From: Ostrea edulis
Taxonomy: Eukaryota
Direction of reading: 5' to 3'
NCBI RefSeq assembly: GCF_947568905.1
Contig: NC_079170.1
Location: forward strand, 36,332,001-36,396,000
DNA length: 64,000 bases
This document shows positions 1 to 15,556 of this stretch, piece after piece. Below the pieces are notes generated by a model, which was not told the origin of the DNA, made no database searches, and saw only the letters and a list, made by a program, of their open reading frames with translations. Position 1 is the first letter of the stretch; each line of letters starts with the position of its first letter. The position numbers and the translations under genes are program-made.

Positions 1-149
1 TGATTTTAAACTCGGATATATTTCTTCACTCTTTTAATAATCAATGCATTTTCATTTCAAGGGTGTAATAATTTGATTTAGAGAAATTCAAAAGAAAATG
101 CCATCTTTTGAGTGGAAAATAAAACACTTCACAAATCTTCCCCACTTAC

Positions 150-3100
150 GATAGCCTTCTTGAACTGAGAGAATGTTTTGGACAGGGATTCAGTGATTTC
201 CTTTGTGGATATGATGACATTGTCAATCTCCTTCTGGGTGTGTTTGGGGATCGCGGGAACATTACTGGCATCTGACCGATAAGTTCTGGGGGTGTCCTCC
301 TGCTCCGGGGGGTAGAAGTACATTGGAGGGGGTGCACTGCCTGTAGAAAACACATTATAGATAGAAAAAAAAAACGTGTTACGTTAATACTGCTACACGA
401 TTTAACTCCTACATGAACACTCAGCGACACTTACATGCATTGTAAAGAATTTTCTTATAATAAGTTAATTTTGTTAATAATTTCATCATTTTTGAAAAAT
501 TAGTATATATATGTACTCTACAATAGCATCATAAATCTCTAAATCAAAATATTTACACCATATACCTAATGTTTGTTTAAATGGCAAAAAATCATTGAAG
601 AGACCTCTACTATTACATATTTATAGTAATTTCTCCAAAAAAAAAATTTATCGTAAAGATGAAATCATAATAGCAGGATATGTGTACAAATAACTAACTG
701 ATATATTTAATGCACCCGAGAAAACAAAAAAAGCATACATAATAACTATAATTGATAATTTTGTGCAGATATGTACATTCACTGTGACGTAAAAACCATA
801 AAGCATGCATGCGAGAAATTGTAAATATTTGGTGATACATAACAAAAACATCCTTAAATACATAACATGAGTGACAGTTGCTTCAGCTAGAGTGCAGGGG
901 AGATAACGCAAGCAGGTGATGCTCTGAAACTTTGATATATTTCTGTATAGAGTACAAGAAAATACATGAAAAATATATATACATGAAGACTTTCATGATC
1001 ATATACACCATTGAATAATTCAAATCCCAATGAGCCTTAGATGAATAAAACAATATTTCATACGAATTATTCAATAAGAATCTAAGACACCTCTATATAA
1101 AACCGAGAAAGAGAATTCTAAACAAGTGAACCAAAACCCGAAATAAACAATGCATCTACATAAAGCTAAAGGAGATGCTGAACGCTGGAGAGAAGGTTTT
1201 GTACAGTCGTCTGACTGCGGCTATTTATGGTTGACCACCACCAGATAACAGTACCCTCATTTGTGGTACCCTCATTTGTGGTACTCTCTGTACTGGTACC
1301 CTGTATCCTCTCAGTCTGGGACTGAGAACCAGTCAATGCAGGGGACTCAGGTTCCTTAGGAAATTCTGGGACCTCGCCTAGAAGTGGAGCATGCAATGTG
1401 AATGGAGTGATTCTAAATAAACTCATTAGAAATGTTGAAAATTCATGCTTGGGTGGTACTCTATGATTTTCAATTTTGTGCTTGACTTTTCACAATGAAT
1501 CACAAAATATTTCATTCAAGTAACAAGAAAAAACCATGACGATGACACGTTTACACACCGACAAACACAGGGCCCCAGTGTACACTGACAACTGTTATGT
1601 TGAAAGTGATCAGAGCCAAAACTGAGCCGATAATAGAACTCTGCATTCCCTAAAGTGACTCGAGAGTTTTATTCATTAGTAAATAGATCTCATTCCTTAA
1701 AACAATTAAGTTTTACTCATTAGTAAATAGAACTCATTCCTTGATTAAGTTTACTCATTAGTATTATATACAACTCTTCTCTATTCCTTAAATTTCTAGT
1801 TGACCTAGCAGTTTTCTGTAATCTGAATTTCATGACTAAGACAATAAATAGTATTTCAGAGAACAGTTATAGTAGATGTTGATACACAATACCTGTAGCC
1901 AGGGCGGCCGCTATTTCTATCCCGGTAGCTGTGGTCCGGGGACGACTTTCATGCTCTGCCAAGTCAAGTGCATCCATGTGTGACGTATGTAGGCGGGCCA
2001 GCTCTGCCTCCTCATCATCTTCAAACCTTCTTCTGCTTTGTGGCTCAACAGGTTTAGTTGGTCCCCCTTCCCAGCCAACAACAAGGGTACCAGCAGTCTC
2101 AAAACCAAACCATTCTTCATCCAAAAAGTTGGTCCTACGTCAAAAACATTCTATCATTCTCTGTGTTTAGCGGGATTAACCATTTTAACAAAGCTTAATC
2201 ATTCCTCCTACACTATGCCATTATGTACATCCAGTTTAACTTGAATGTCAATGCAATGTTGAAATAGGATTAAATATTCTTTTATGAAGAATTTATTGAT
2301 GTGTAAACTCTGGACATGTTACTCACAAACTCAATAAGAGTGAAGCACTTTTATGTAAAGTTTGTGAGTAAAACGTCCACAGTTTAATCACAGATAAATT
2401 CTTCATAAAAGAATGTTTGATTCTCATATAAATTCCAATTCGTTCCTTATATTAACAATTTCAAAAATTTGAATAGTTTCCTTGCTGAGTCTCCATACAT
2501 TACATTATTTGTTTTAAGTTGCATATGAATGCATCAAGTTTTCGGATTTATTGATGAGTAAATTCTCGTTCAGCTTTATTTTTGTCCAATCAAAACAATT
2601 GCGATATATAACATTGGAATTATTTACCTGTATGGGTAATGGCAGTATTATGTTTATAATTACTTTTACTGGGTGGCAGTATTTTGTATAATTACCTGTA
2701 CAGGTTGTCAGTGGTATGTATAATTACCTGTACAGGCTGTCAGTGTAATATATAATTACCTGTAGAGTTTGTTTATTTATTGACCAAAGGAGCCCTGTGG
2801 CTCATAGGTACACTGTGTACAATACAGGCAAATGGTAGAGGATTCAGAATTATTACAATATGTAAACATATATTATCAGACAATTAAGTTTAGAAACAAA
2901 TAAATCTAAGCAACGAAAAAAGAAACATCATTAAAGACAGTTAACAGATAGTGCTTCTCTTTGTTTTGTAGCTTTCACTAAATACTGACAAAGCTTATGA
3001 ATAGTTTTAAAGTTATACACACTAAAAAGTTCTACAAGTTTGAAAAGGAAGGTTTCTTGTAGCAATAAGGTTTGATATATTTTTCACGTAAACCAAAAAA

Positions 3101-6100
3101 TGCTGGGCATATCAAAACGAAATGAAATTCGTCTTCTATTTCCTGCAAATTACAAAATGAGCATTTGCGTTCGATCCTAGGTAAATTTTTGTACCTTCCA
3201 TTTTCAACATTCAAAGAATGTGCAGAAATTCGATATTTGCATAGTAATGACTTTTCCTTGTGTGACAATCGCTTTACTAAAATGTTCTGAGTGGGTGGGG
3301 TAGGAAAAGGAAGCTGGGGGTACCCCAACGGGACACAAAATTGGGGATGTGCCTGTAAAGTCGGGCTACCTATATGTGCACCATCTGCTGTCTGAGTATT
3401 TGCCATTTGATTGGGCGCTGTTTGCATTTGGTTTGGCGATATCTGAATGTGAGCTGATACGGGTCTAGCATTTAGAATTTCATTTGAGTTAGCTATGATT
3501 TCGCCAGTGGAACTTAAAGGAACACCTTGGTGTGTATCGCAATTCGTTGGTGAAGGTGAGTGTGCACTGTTTTGATTGTACATACCGTGTATTCGTTTCG
3601 GAGACAACTCACAATCAGTTCCAGTGGAGCTTCTATCAGAGCACCTACACTTAGTATTATCACCTTTAACTTTATCTCTATCCTCATTAGTCTTTATAAC
3701 ACCTGATATCTTTGTAACGTTTGCCATGCACTACACTACACACATGTGTTGTCTGTGTTTATATTTCAATGCCACGCTTCAATGGTTTGATATTACCTGT
3801 ATGCTTTCCAGGCGTATATAAGTGAAACAAGTATGAAATCAGTTCCAAATTTCAAATTGTCAAAAATAGTCCTTTACCTACACCTTTTTGTTCCTGTTCA
3901 CACCTTTTTTGCTGAATTCCATGAACTCTGTATGCCACTACCCGAAAACGAGTATCACTTGCTTAATCGAACATGTCCGCCATTTGCCACGCTCTATGCT
4001 CTAGAGGTTGGCAGTGTTATGTATAATTACCTGTACAGGTTGTCAGTGTTATGTTTAATTACCTGTACAGGTTGGCAGTGTAATGTATAATTACCTGTAC
4101 AGGTTGGCAGTGTTATGTATAATTACCTGTACAGGTTGTCAGTATTATTTTTAATCACCTGTACAGGTTGTCATTGTTATGTATAATTACCTGTACAGGT
4201 TGACAGTGGTATGTTTAATTACCTGTACAGGTTGTCAGTGTTATGTTTAATTACCTGTACAGGTTGTCAGTATTATTTTTAATTACCTGTACAGGTTGTC
4301 AGTGGTATATAAAATTACCTGTACAAGTTGGCAGTGTTATGTATAATTACCTGTACAGATTGTCAGTGTTATGTTTAATTACCTGTACAGGTTGTCAGTA
4401 TTATGTATAATTACCTGTACAAGTTGGCAGTGTTATGTATAATTACCTGTACAGGTTGTCAGTATTATGTTTAATTACCTGTACAGGTTGTCAGTGTTAT
4501 GTATAATTACCTGTACAAGTTGGCAGTGTTATGTATAATTACCTGTACAGGTTGTCAGTATTATGTTTAATTACCTGTACAGGTTGTCAGTGTTATGTTT
4601 AATTACCTGTCTAGGTTGGCAGCGTAATGTATAATTACCTGTATAGGTTGGCAGTGTAATGTATAATTACCTGTACAGGTTGGCAGTGTAATGTATAATT
4701 ACCTGTACAGGTTATCAGTGGTATATAAATTACCTGTACAAGTTGGCAGTGTTATGTATAATTACCTGTACAGATTGTCAGTGTTATGTTTAATTACCTG
4801 TACATATTGGCAGTGCCTAGGACTTTGTCTCTAGTCTCCAGTCTCTGCAGGAAAGCCGAGAAATGACTCATTCCTTGAAGCAACACCAACTGAAAATTTC
4901 ATAATAACAGATTACAATACACGATACATTAGACATGATACATTAGACTGCTAGGACTGAGCATGGAATAATCCATGCAATATTTCAAAACCAGCCTCAC
5001 TATTTATCACAGTAAATGTACATTACCCAGTTCTCCAATTCTATGACCATTCATTTTAAATCTTTTTAATTGCAATTCTGATGTCCTTGGTCATACCCAT
5101 TGGGACACATCCCAATATTTACAACAGGGAAGCTCTAGAATCAACTGCAGTTCTCATGTCCCGGTCATACATATTCAGGCGTCCCAAAATTTACGAGAGT
5201 TAAAAAAACTTTTGTTGAGCTGTTTGCATTGTTGTGTGATTCTTCATCAGAGCTGCTTGTTGTATAATTTACTATACTATAAAGAATCTTCCTCTTCTCC
5301 TTACCTGACATCGCCATGGCATTTCGTCCACGGTCATTTTTCTCAGTTTCCTCTTTCTGTGCCACTGTCGGAACATGTCTGGAAAGTAGGTCGTGAAAAT
5401 TTCTATTGCCTACAACAGAAATACACAGATCATATGAAAGCATTGCATGATAAGACATGAATTTAGTTTTCAGCCTATGTCAGGTTTTGTTTGGTTTGTT
5501 GGTTAAACAATATAAAGCAGGACTTGTCTAGCAACTATTTAGAGAATCACCAGTGATTTTTAGAAATTAACTTCTGTACATGCACGGTCTGGATTGAAAT
5601 CCTAATTACTGTGAGCCAAATTTTTTTGCAACAATTTTATTTCACAATTTACCAGTGATAAAAATTGGTTCATGGTGACTAATTTTCACAAATGAGATAA
5701 TCTTATACAAATATGAAAGACATTAAATGACTGATTTGCAGTGAGTAATGTTCGCAATGATGAGGTTCTTGTGGATCTCATGAAAACTCCTTGCATGAGA
5801 ATAAAAGTTGGTTTACAATGAACAGGTTTTACCTTGAGTTCCGCCTCCTCCTGGGCTTGACGCTGGCTGTCTGTCATACTCGAGTTCACCATCACAGGCT
5901 GAAATATCAAAAGATAAGTACTGTTGACCTAATTTTATTCACAGACAGCTGAAGGAAAACGCAGTCGAAACAAGAAATGTTTGTGATTGATATACATATA
6001 ATATTATACCAGTCATCTGTACATACACATATACAACTTATATATCCTGTGATCACTATCACAAAATTAACATTTATGAGAAATGGAAGATAATTTCATT

Positions 6101-9100
6101 TCAGAGTAATGTGCTGTATCAAACTAACTCCCCTAACTATTGATGCTCTGTATGTTATGAAGCTATAAATAGAGCCTTACCCTATACTGGCGTCGCCGCC
6201 GTGGTTTGGTGGTGCTGGGTTTAGCAGCCGCAATCTTGGACCCTGGCACTCTTGGGGTTGTCATCTCCTGTAATATTTATAATCAGTAATCTACCTGTAA
6301 TATTTATAAATTTTAGAAATCTAGTCAATTGCACTTATCTCCTGTAATATTTATAATTAGTTATCTAGTCAATTGTAATTGTGAAATAATCACATTCCTA
6401 TTTTTGCAGTGGATATGGAAATATAAATGCTTTAATTAGAATGTTTTATTTTTATGAGATTTAAACTATTATTTCATTAGCAAAGACCTACCAAAAAATG
6501 TTTTAGAAATATAAATGAGTGGCAATATTGCAAAGGATCAACCTTAAATTTAGAATGTCGATGGTAAAAATAAGGGATATCAAATAAAGGATTCTTAAGA
6601 TAAAGAGCAGACACATCTTACTACGGCCAGTCTGACTCTTGACCTTTGACCTTGTGACTTCAAAATCAATAGGAGACATCTACTTCTTAATGGGAACCAG
6701 TGTACCAAGTTTTCCTCCTATGTCCAGAATAGATAACTTGAGACCTCAAAATCAGTAAGGGTCATCTACTCTTTTGGGGAAGCCATTGTAACAAGTTTGA
6801 TGTCAGTCAAGCAAAGGGATCAGTCTTAAAACAGTTGGTCTACTGATCAACTGACCATCAAACCGAATGACAGGTGCAAACCCATAAAACTTCTTTTTCA
6901 ATGGGGCATAGAAATTGAAGACAAACGGGTAGATTTGAGAACTACATGTAGTAGCATCATTAATTCCTCCTCTTCCCGTATTTCCCTCGGACCTCTGCGA
7001 TTCCCCTGGACCTGCACAATTCTTCTATACTTGTCTAATTCCCTGTACCTCCCCTGACCTCTGTGATTCCTTCGTACCTTTATAATTCCCCTGGATCTAC
7101 ATAATTCCCTATACTCCTATAATTTGCCCGAACCTTCATAATTAATAATTTCCATGATTCCCCCATACCTCCTTAATCTTCCCCCAACATCTGGAATTTC
7201 CCTACACCCATGCAATTCTCTTGGATCTCTGTAATTTCCCATGGAGTTTAGTAATTCCTCTGTATATCCCCCAATTCCCCTGTACCTCTATGAATCCCCA
7301 TACCTTTGCGTTTCCCTCATATACCTCCACCATTTCTCTTACCTTTTCTTTGGTGTATTCCACCATGGCAGCCGCGAACCTCTTGGGGTCATCTCCAGAC
7401 ACTGTCACCACCCCCGGCTGTTTGCCCAGATACTGACGCATTCCAATGATCTGCTCATTCCTCCTACAGAAAAATAAAACTTATTTAAAAAAAAAAAAAA
7501 GAAATAGTCAAAAACAATTTATATCCAAAGTTAAGTACCATACCTTGCAGAAAATCCACAATAGAAAAAAAAATAAAAAAATTGAGTAATATTTGAATTC
7601 TAAGTTCATTTTTCAAAGGCATTCTTATTGGTTTCCATCATTGATCCAAATTTACCATAGTTTTCTTATGTGTAATGAAAAAAACAAGATGTGTTTGTGA
7701 AACACTGATGCCCCAATAGGACAATAAAGTAATATTGGAACCAAAAGAAAGGTCTTAATTGTCATAAGAAATACATGTACATGCACCTATGAAATATGAG
7801 AAGTCCTAGCACTATGCATTCAAAAGTTATAGCCAAGGTTATGTTTCTTTCGTACAAAAAGAAAGATGAACAGACCAAAAACTATATGCTCCCGAATCTT
7901 TAAAAGGGCATAAAAAGTATTTGCACAATGATCTTTAACATTAATTTTGATAAATATTGTCAGTTCTAATATCCATGGGTAGTTTTTTTTTTTTTTTTTT
8001 AATTTACAAACATTACATATCTAATATATAAAGCATGTCCTGAAATTTTTTCATAACTTTTTATCAATTAAATTCTCTGAATGACAGTTGAAGTAAAAGT
8101 GAAAGTACATACTTGGAGAGCCAGGTGGCTGTATCATCACACCAGTCCATCACCTGATTGGCCATCCCTTCTGTCAGGGCTTTCTGGGCCACCTGCACAA
8201 AGAATTCCAGGTAGCGATGGCGGCGCTTAAACTTCACCACTGCAACAGGAACATAGCAGAGAGTTATACAAAACATAAAGAAAAATTAGACTTACCCGGT
8301 AGTTATACACAGTGAGTATAGAATAGGGACATAGCACAGGTTTATGTACAGTGAATTCTGGTTATCATGAAGACCAGTTTCATCAATGAAATAGGACTGT
8401 CGTGTACAGTGTTCTGTACAGTCAATTCATGATTAATAATCCTGGGTTGAGATGTGTGCTATCTTTTTATAAAATGAGTGGTTTTTCTACCGATATTGAT
8501 TTGTGCTCTCCTGGTTTTTTCAGTTCACTTACCCTCTCTGTAGGCCAGTTTGCTGGGCAGGTAAGCAATGTAGGCATGTAGAATGCTGGGGTCCTCAAAT
8601 CCTGATAGTTCATGCTCATACTGGGCTGGAAACAAAAACATAAGATAAGTAATACAAATCCTGACTACTGCTCATACTGGGTTAGTACTGGGCTGAATCG
8701 GTGTCCAGTGAAATATATACAAAGCAATACAAATCTGCATTAAAAACTCAAAGTACACTAATCATAACAAAAAGAGTTTACAGTTTATATGCTGCAAAAC
8801 CAACCAGACCTGTTTTTGGTGGTTTGGACAGATCAGCATGCTGCACTAAACACAAACCTTGTTTGGACAGGCTCAGCATATGGGCCTCTAGAGCCTTCAG
8901 CTCTTCATTGACTGGTCCCTCAGTTTCCTCTTTGCTGGTTCCTTGCCCTACTCTCTTGGCTCTCTTTCTCTTAAGTGCATGCAGTGGCAGTGAGTCTGAT
9001 GCATCCGTTTTTTCATCGCCGGACGTTTCACCGCCGGACAATGCCCCCTTCTCCGTGATGTCCGTCTGCTCCTTATCTTTATGTTTTTTGTCCTTGGGGT

Positions 9101-12100
9101 CCTCTCCCTCTAGTGCCAGCAGACGACGCCCTGCTTCATTGATATTATTAGCCAGTTGTTTGTGACCCCATGACCTTAGAACCTACAATTAAAGGTAAAA
9201 TGTATTAAGATGTTAGTACATTGACATTGTACAATCATGTGTATTTTGATAAACCAATGTACAACAAAAGTCTATTCAAACCAATCCACTGTAATTGTTT
9301 TATCAGTTTTAAATCTTTGTTTCTAACAAGTAATAATGAATTCAGACAGTCAAAAAATAATCACAAAGAAATGAAAGTACCAATATGGGATTTTTAAAAC
9401 ATCTTGCGAAAGAGTAATTACACAATCATATTAACCCCATTCACCCTCAAGTCTGAAAGAGGCATGTCTGTTAAAGTCTGACCACCGTCCAGTTAAAAGA
9501 AGTGTGTATGTTAAAGTTTGACCACCGTCCAGTTAAAAGAGGCGTGTATGTTAAAGTCTGACCACCGTCCAGTTAAAAGAGGCGTGTCTGTTAAAGTCTG
9601 AACACCGTCCAGTTAAAAGAGGCGTGTATGTTAAAGTCTGACCACCGTCCAGTTAAAAGAGGCGTGTATGTTAAAGTCTGACCATCGTCCAGTAGTCCAT
9701 ACCTTGGCCATGCTGTAGGTGATACAGGCAGTCATGTGGTGGAGACTGTCTGCAATACTCTGCTGCCGCTTTTGTCTCAGGCTGGCAGGGACCTCCTGTA
9801 GAACCACGTGGCACCGCTGTAAAACCTGTAAAAACGTAGTCATTATACATGTATCCTAGTACAGAACTCAGATTTCTCGTACCACCACGTGGCACCGCTT
9901 CAACGCCTCTACAATGAAATGTGGTAATTAATATACCATAGTATACACAAACACATACTTACACAGCACCACAGACATTCCAGAAAAAAATATTTCATCA
10001 TCACATTTCGCTAACCACAACAGACATCATTATTGTGAAATACAAAATGATACAGAATGATGAATAACCATTGGACACATCTTGCATGACTTTCTACATT
10101 CCTTAAATATCATTATTTACCTGCACCACTGCCAGAGAGGGTATCTTGTAGAAGATGAGCGGTGCCAGGAGCCCGTAACACTGCACCACCGCCTGCATGG
10201 CCAAATTGGCTTCGTTCAGCCATCCTGCCAATTCCAGGGCCACCAACATCTTCTCACACTCACCGAGTCGCTTCATCTGAAATCAATTCATAAGTCATAA
10301 TTGCTGTATACAGAATCTGATAATTTTCAGTTCTTATATTTTCCATGATCTTTAAACAATCAAAGTCAGATGCTTATGGTTTTTGAACAATATATCATTG
10401 AGCAGAGTTTGTGATGAACAAAAATTTTGAAAAATTCTTTTTTTTTTCTTCTAAAAACTGTAATAAATGTATAAGTACTTTCATACTTAAATTTTGAACT
10501 GCAAGGGACATATTAATCCATGGTAGTGTCACAGACAAGAAACAAACTCATGGATTAATATATATTCTTTTATCACAGACATAATCCAAAGAAATATCAT
10601 AGAAAGGGGATATAACCTATGAGAATATCATGGACAAAGGTTATGGCCCATGGGATTACCTGATTGAAGTGGTCCCTCACTACAAACAAGGGAAATAAGC
10701 CATACGATAACCACACACAAGTGGAACTACCCATGGAATTATCACAGACAAGGGACATAACCCATGGGACATCCACAGACAAGAGACATAACCTTGAGAT
10801 TACCTGTCCTAACAGAAGTGGTCCTTTATCACAGACGACATCACAGAAGAGTTCTCCCTCCTTTACACTCATGTCTACGCTGATGAAGATGCTGGTCAGG
10901 AACTGTCTCAACAACACCGGGGATGATACACACACCACCTTCTGATTCAACCTGCAAGACACACAACACATCCACAGTCAAGTTTTCTGTCTCCGCTGAC
11001 ACTCAAAAAGTACTCCAGCTTATGCACAGGCTTTTGTACTGATTGACAGTGTTGAGGTGTTTCTCAGTAATTTGATTTTTTACTTACTTCATCAGGATAA
11101 CATTGAAGGCACCCTCAGATTTGGAGGTGAAGGTCGCTGTCTGTGGGGCTGGGGGTTTCGCAATAAAGTGACCCCAAAGAACATTACAGGCTTGTCTGGC
11201 AATGTCGTAACATCCCACCTGGTATGCTATCTAAATAACAGAATATAAAAATGTCATAGTATGTTACGTATAATTATCTAAACAACAGCTAGAATACAAC
11301 AATGTTGTATCATCCTACCTGATATCTATCTAAATAACAGAATACAACAACATTCAACATAGTACATGTATGTTTACTAGCTATGTTATATCTATAAATA
11401 ACAAAAAAGAACAATTAATGTCATAACATCCAACATACTAATATGTTATCTAGGCTGCAGAATATAAAAATGCTATCTGACACCGTTCTCTTATATTAAT
11501 GATTTCACAATTATGCATGTTTTTCTGGAAATTGATCGACCATATCAGAATTTCATTGTATTTTTTTGTCCTTTTGCTAATTAGGAATGAATTAGTTATT
11601 ATCTGAACATGTATCTATAAACATATATTAAACGGAAACAAAATATGTATAATTACAGTAACTTAATTGCTCTGAAGAGTTGAATCACAAATGGATCATT
11701 AGATCAAATGAGACAAATGAAACATAATCTTATCAAAAACACATTTTAACATTTTGATATACAGACACTTTTAAAAGAAACTTGCTACAATTCAATTTGT
11801 TTAAAATTTGTTTTTCTTATTCAAATGAAATATACAATGCTTTTTGGTGGGGGTTGTTGAGAAGGAAGGGGGGAGAGGGGGGGGGGGTGGGGGGGGGGGG
11901 AGGAGAGGGGGTTTTGATGATCCCTAGTTATTGTACATGATGGTTTTATATTCCCTTCTGATTATTCTCACGTTTTCAAATGAAATCTCTTTTGCTATCC
12001 AACTTTTGAAAAAAGAACTTTAATTGAAGGACCTTATTTCTAGGTGATTACTTTAATGAATTAATCTTCTGTAATCCTGAAGATTTTACAAATGTATGTT

Positions 12101-15100
12101 AATCTTTCTTTCCATATGTAACAGTGCATATTTAAGTAGGACTTAATTTCTGAAAAATTTCATGTCTATTATCCCCGAGTTGGTTGAGCATACTGACTGA
12201 GGAAAACCTGACCCCGTACCATACTAACATCAAGGAGTAAACCTAGTAACACTCGCCAGGTTAATCTCTTAACACAGGTTAATCTCCTAACACAACAGGA
12301 TAATTATAAATCTATGTTGGTTAGGTGTTTAAGTCCTGTCCTTAATCTTGGGTCATTGCTAACAGAGAGCTGTCAGTGGACTGACTGCGAACACAGGGAA
12401 TCGATCTACACAACACAACAGTATGTTGGACAGGTAGGAGTCAAATTAGTGTGAAATTTCAAATCAAAACATCATCTTATTCTTGTCTCCAATTTGTTTT
12501 CTAAAACAATCATTATTTGCAATAAATATCAATAACAGAAAAACTAGCGAATGGTGGTATCGCAAGAAAATCTATTTGCATGTTGTATTTCGGCTTCAGC
12601 AGCCATTATTTGAAATTTGCCACATTTCACATCTAATCATGCTGGACCTAGGGCTTTGAATTTGATCAACAATTTTGTATAATCATAAAAATTCCCATCA
12701 AATCAAAGATGATTTTGATCATTAATTCCTTCTCAGTGATCAGTACCATCCACCTGAAGAGGGGCAGACACCCAGAGCTCTACCCAGGCTCTCTAAAACT
12801 GATTTTGTTGTCAAAGAAAAAGATCCCCGTCATAAAATTGAGGAGGAGACAGAAGAAATTGAACTGTTGATAATCCCAAAATACACCGAGGAGGAAGCAC
12901 AGGTCCAGCAACTAATCGCCTCAACGACGGAGAGATACACCGAGCTGGCGAACGAAAATGAAAAAACGAGGCGAATTTGGCACCAGGAAGTGGAGGAAAT
13001 CTTCAACAAGTTTAACATGGAGATGAACGCACTGAGGGAGGACCACCTAACGGCATTACGAACGCATCAGTTTCTTCTGAGAAGTACGATACGGAGCATG
13101 CTAAAGACCATCAAGAAAAACAGGAAAATCTTGAACTTTAACTTAACTGGCATCACAAAGTACCGATCCAAACTTAAGGAATACAAAGACATGCCCAAAA
13201 AACGCGACCTCAAAATCCCCTCATTGATAACCAAGACCTCAAAGGGGACAGAACTCTGTGCTGAATTTGGAGAACTGAAGTCTTCACTAACACAGACTTA
13301 CGTAGAAAAGAAGAAGTTAGATAAGACATCGCTGTTGGATGAGCAGGCTGTGGTGGCAGCCACCGTTCCCACCGGGCTAAAGAATCTGTGTAAGGTGGCC
13401 TGTGTGGGGACACACGAGGCGTGGGTCAATGGAACTGACCAAACCCTGACCTGTGTGGATATATTTGGGGCTGTCCAGGGAACAGTCACCACTACCTGCA
13501 CACTGCATCCCAACGACATCACCATGACCCGGAGAGGGGAACTAGTTTACACAAACTCTTACAATAGCACCGTAAACATGATCCGGCATGGAAAATCAGA
13601 GACTCTGATTACGACCACCAATGACTGGCATCCCCAGGGGGTCTGCGACACCCAGAGTGGGGATCTCATGGTCAGCATGGTGACCAGTGATTTTTCCAGC
13701 TACAAGATTGTCCGCTACGATGGAAATACAGCAGAGGTGAAGCAGGAAATTGAGACAGACGACAGTGACGCTAACATCTTCACCGGAGGGAAGTACCAAA
13801 TCTTCCTGACAGAGAACATCAACGGAGACATCTGCGCCTCAGATCGTAATTCAAAGGCTGTCATTTCTGTGGACAAGCTGGGAAAAGTCAGATTTCGGTA
13901 CAATGGAAAAACATCTGGGATAAAGAAGACCTTCATACCCAAGCAGATAGCCAGCGATTCCATTGGACAAGTCATTGTGGCAGACTACAAGAATGACTGT
14001 CTGCATATCATGGATCAGAATGGTCAGTTTATGAGATTAGTGGATAATAAGGGTCTGGAACGACCAACAGGACTAAGTCTGGACAAGGAGGGCCGTCTGT
14101 GGGTGACCCTCTACTACACTGGAGAAATCAAAGTCATTCAGTACAAGAAATAGACCACCAGCACTAGTGTCATCAGTACTATTGTCATCAGTACTAGTCT
14201 ATTACTGTTACTAATATTTCAATTACATGTGAAATAAAATCAGTGAAGCCTAATACCTGTTTTAATTATAATTATTATGGAAAATTGAGATTGGCAAGAT
14301 CCACTGTACATTATGTGAAACTAGAGAAATAAGGTATAATATTCCTCTGATAAGATACAAATGTGAAACTAGAGAAATAAGATGTAACAGGAAGGGAGAT
14401 AATGCAATGGATCACACTTGGATTTCTCAAAAAAATTCCCAAATTCAAGTTTGATTTTTCTTTTATTTGAATAGTCAAAATCTGAGTAGAATCTCATACA
14501 ATATAGTTTTTCCCCTGAGAAATCCAGGCCTGATCAGGATTCCAGCCCGAGCCCCCTGAATCTTTAGTCAGGTGCTCTACCAACTAAGCTATTTGGCCAC
14601 CGGCAATGGAACCCAGTTGAATGCCACATTCCTCCTTCATTAAATGTCTTCACATCTTGAAGACATCAACCTGAGGCTATATTGTACGATCTTTATTCCA
14701 GGCTGGCAGGCATTTTCATTTGTCAGTTCCAGGGGATGGTGAATGATTCTTACAAATTACCTGGTCTATGATTCTTTTAAAGGTACCAGGACAACTTGCC
14801 CCCAAAACAACTCGCCCTCAAGACAACTCGCCCCCTCATCGGGACAACTCGCCCTCAAGACAACTCGCCCCCTCTTCGGGACAACTCGACCCCTCTCTTA
14901 AGATATCTCGCTCCTTCACATCATACATATAATACATGTTTACAATTGTTATTTTTGGTCTAAATCCAAGAGGTGTTTTAGCAAAAATTAACGAATTTCT
15001 TATAGATAGTATATACATCACAGACAATGAGACGTGTTCACATAAACGCCAAACTTTGTGTCTTTTTATGCAAGACGAAAGATTTTAGTGAAAATCCAGT

Positions 15101-15523
15101 GTTTGGGTTCAGTAAATTCATCATCACTTTTATGTACATGTAAAATATATAATTTCAGCGGAAACAAGTTAGCGTTTGGTATAGGGAGAGTATTAGCTTG
15201 GTCTACAGCTGACGTAGTATAATTATCAATAATCTGCGTCTGTTGTTAAATCTAATTGTTTGATTTCCCCCAAGCTGTTATAAATTTACTTCAAACATTA
15301 TGAGGTACTCATCATCAGAGTTCTTTACACTTTGAAATCGCCACGTAAAAAGAATCACCCCGCGTAAAATGAATCAGTAGAGCAAAGCAGTTATACAATT
15401 TCTAAAATGGGAATTTTATTATTTTTCAACGGGAATTAGTTGAGAAACGCATTAAAAGATAATTACATGTATCAGAATATTCATGTTTCACCTTTACACT
15501 TATGTACATTGTATACTATATCG

Positions 15524-15556
<33 letters not shown>

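Noticed and set aside
3032-3727. Host protein-coding gene
   Set aside because: The C-terminus is a LINE ORF2 tail with a frameshift, and the ORF is bounded by direct repeats inside a minisatellite.
10597-10800. Extra CFAP54 coding sequence suggested by the overlapping ORFs here
   Set aside because: A phase-consistent donor at 10803 joins directly to the exon at 10276, so the remainder is intronic, with weak ACCCATGG(G/A)A repeats.
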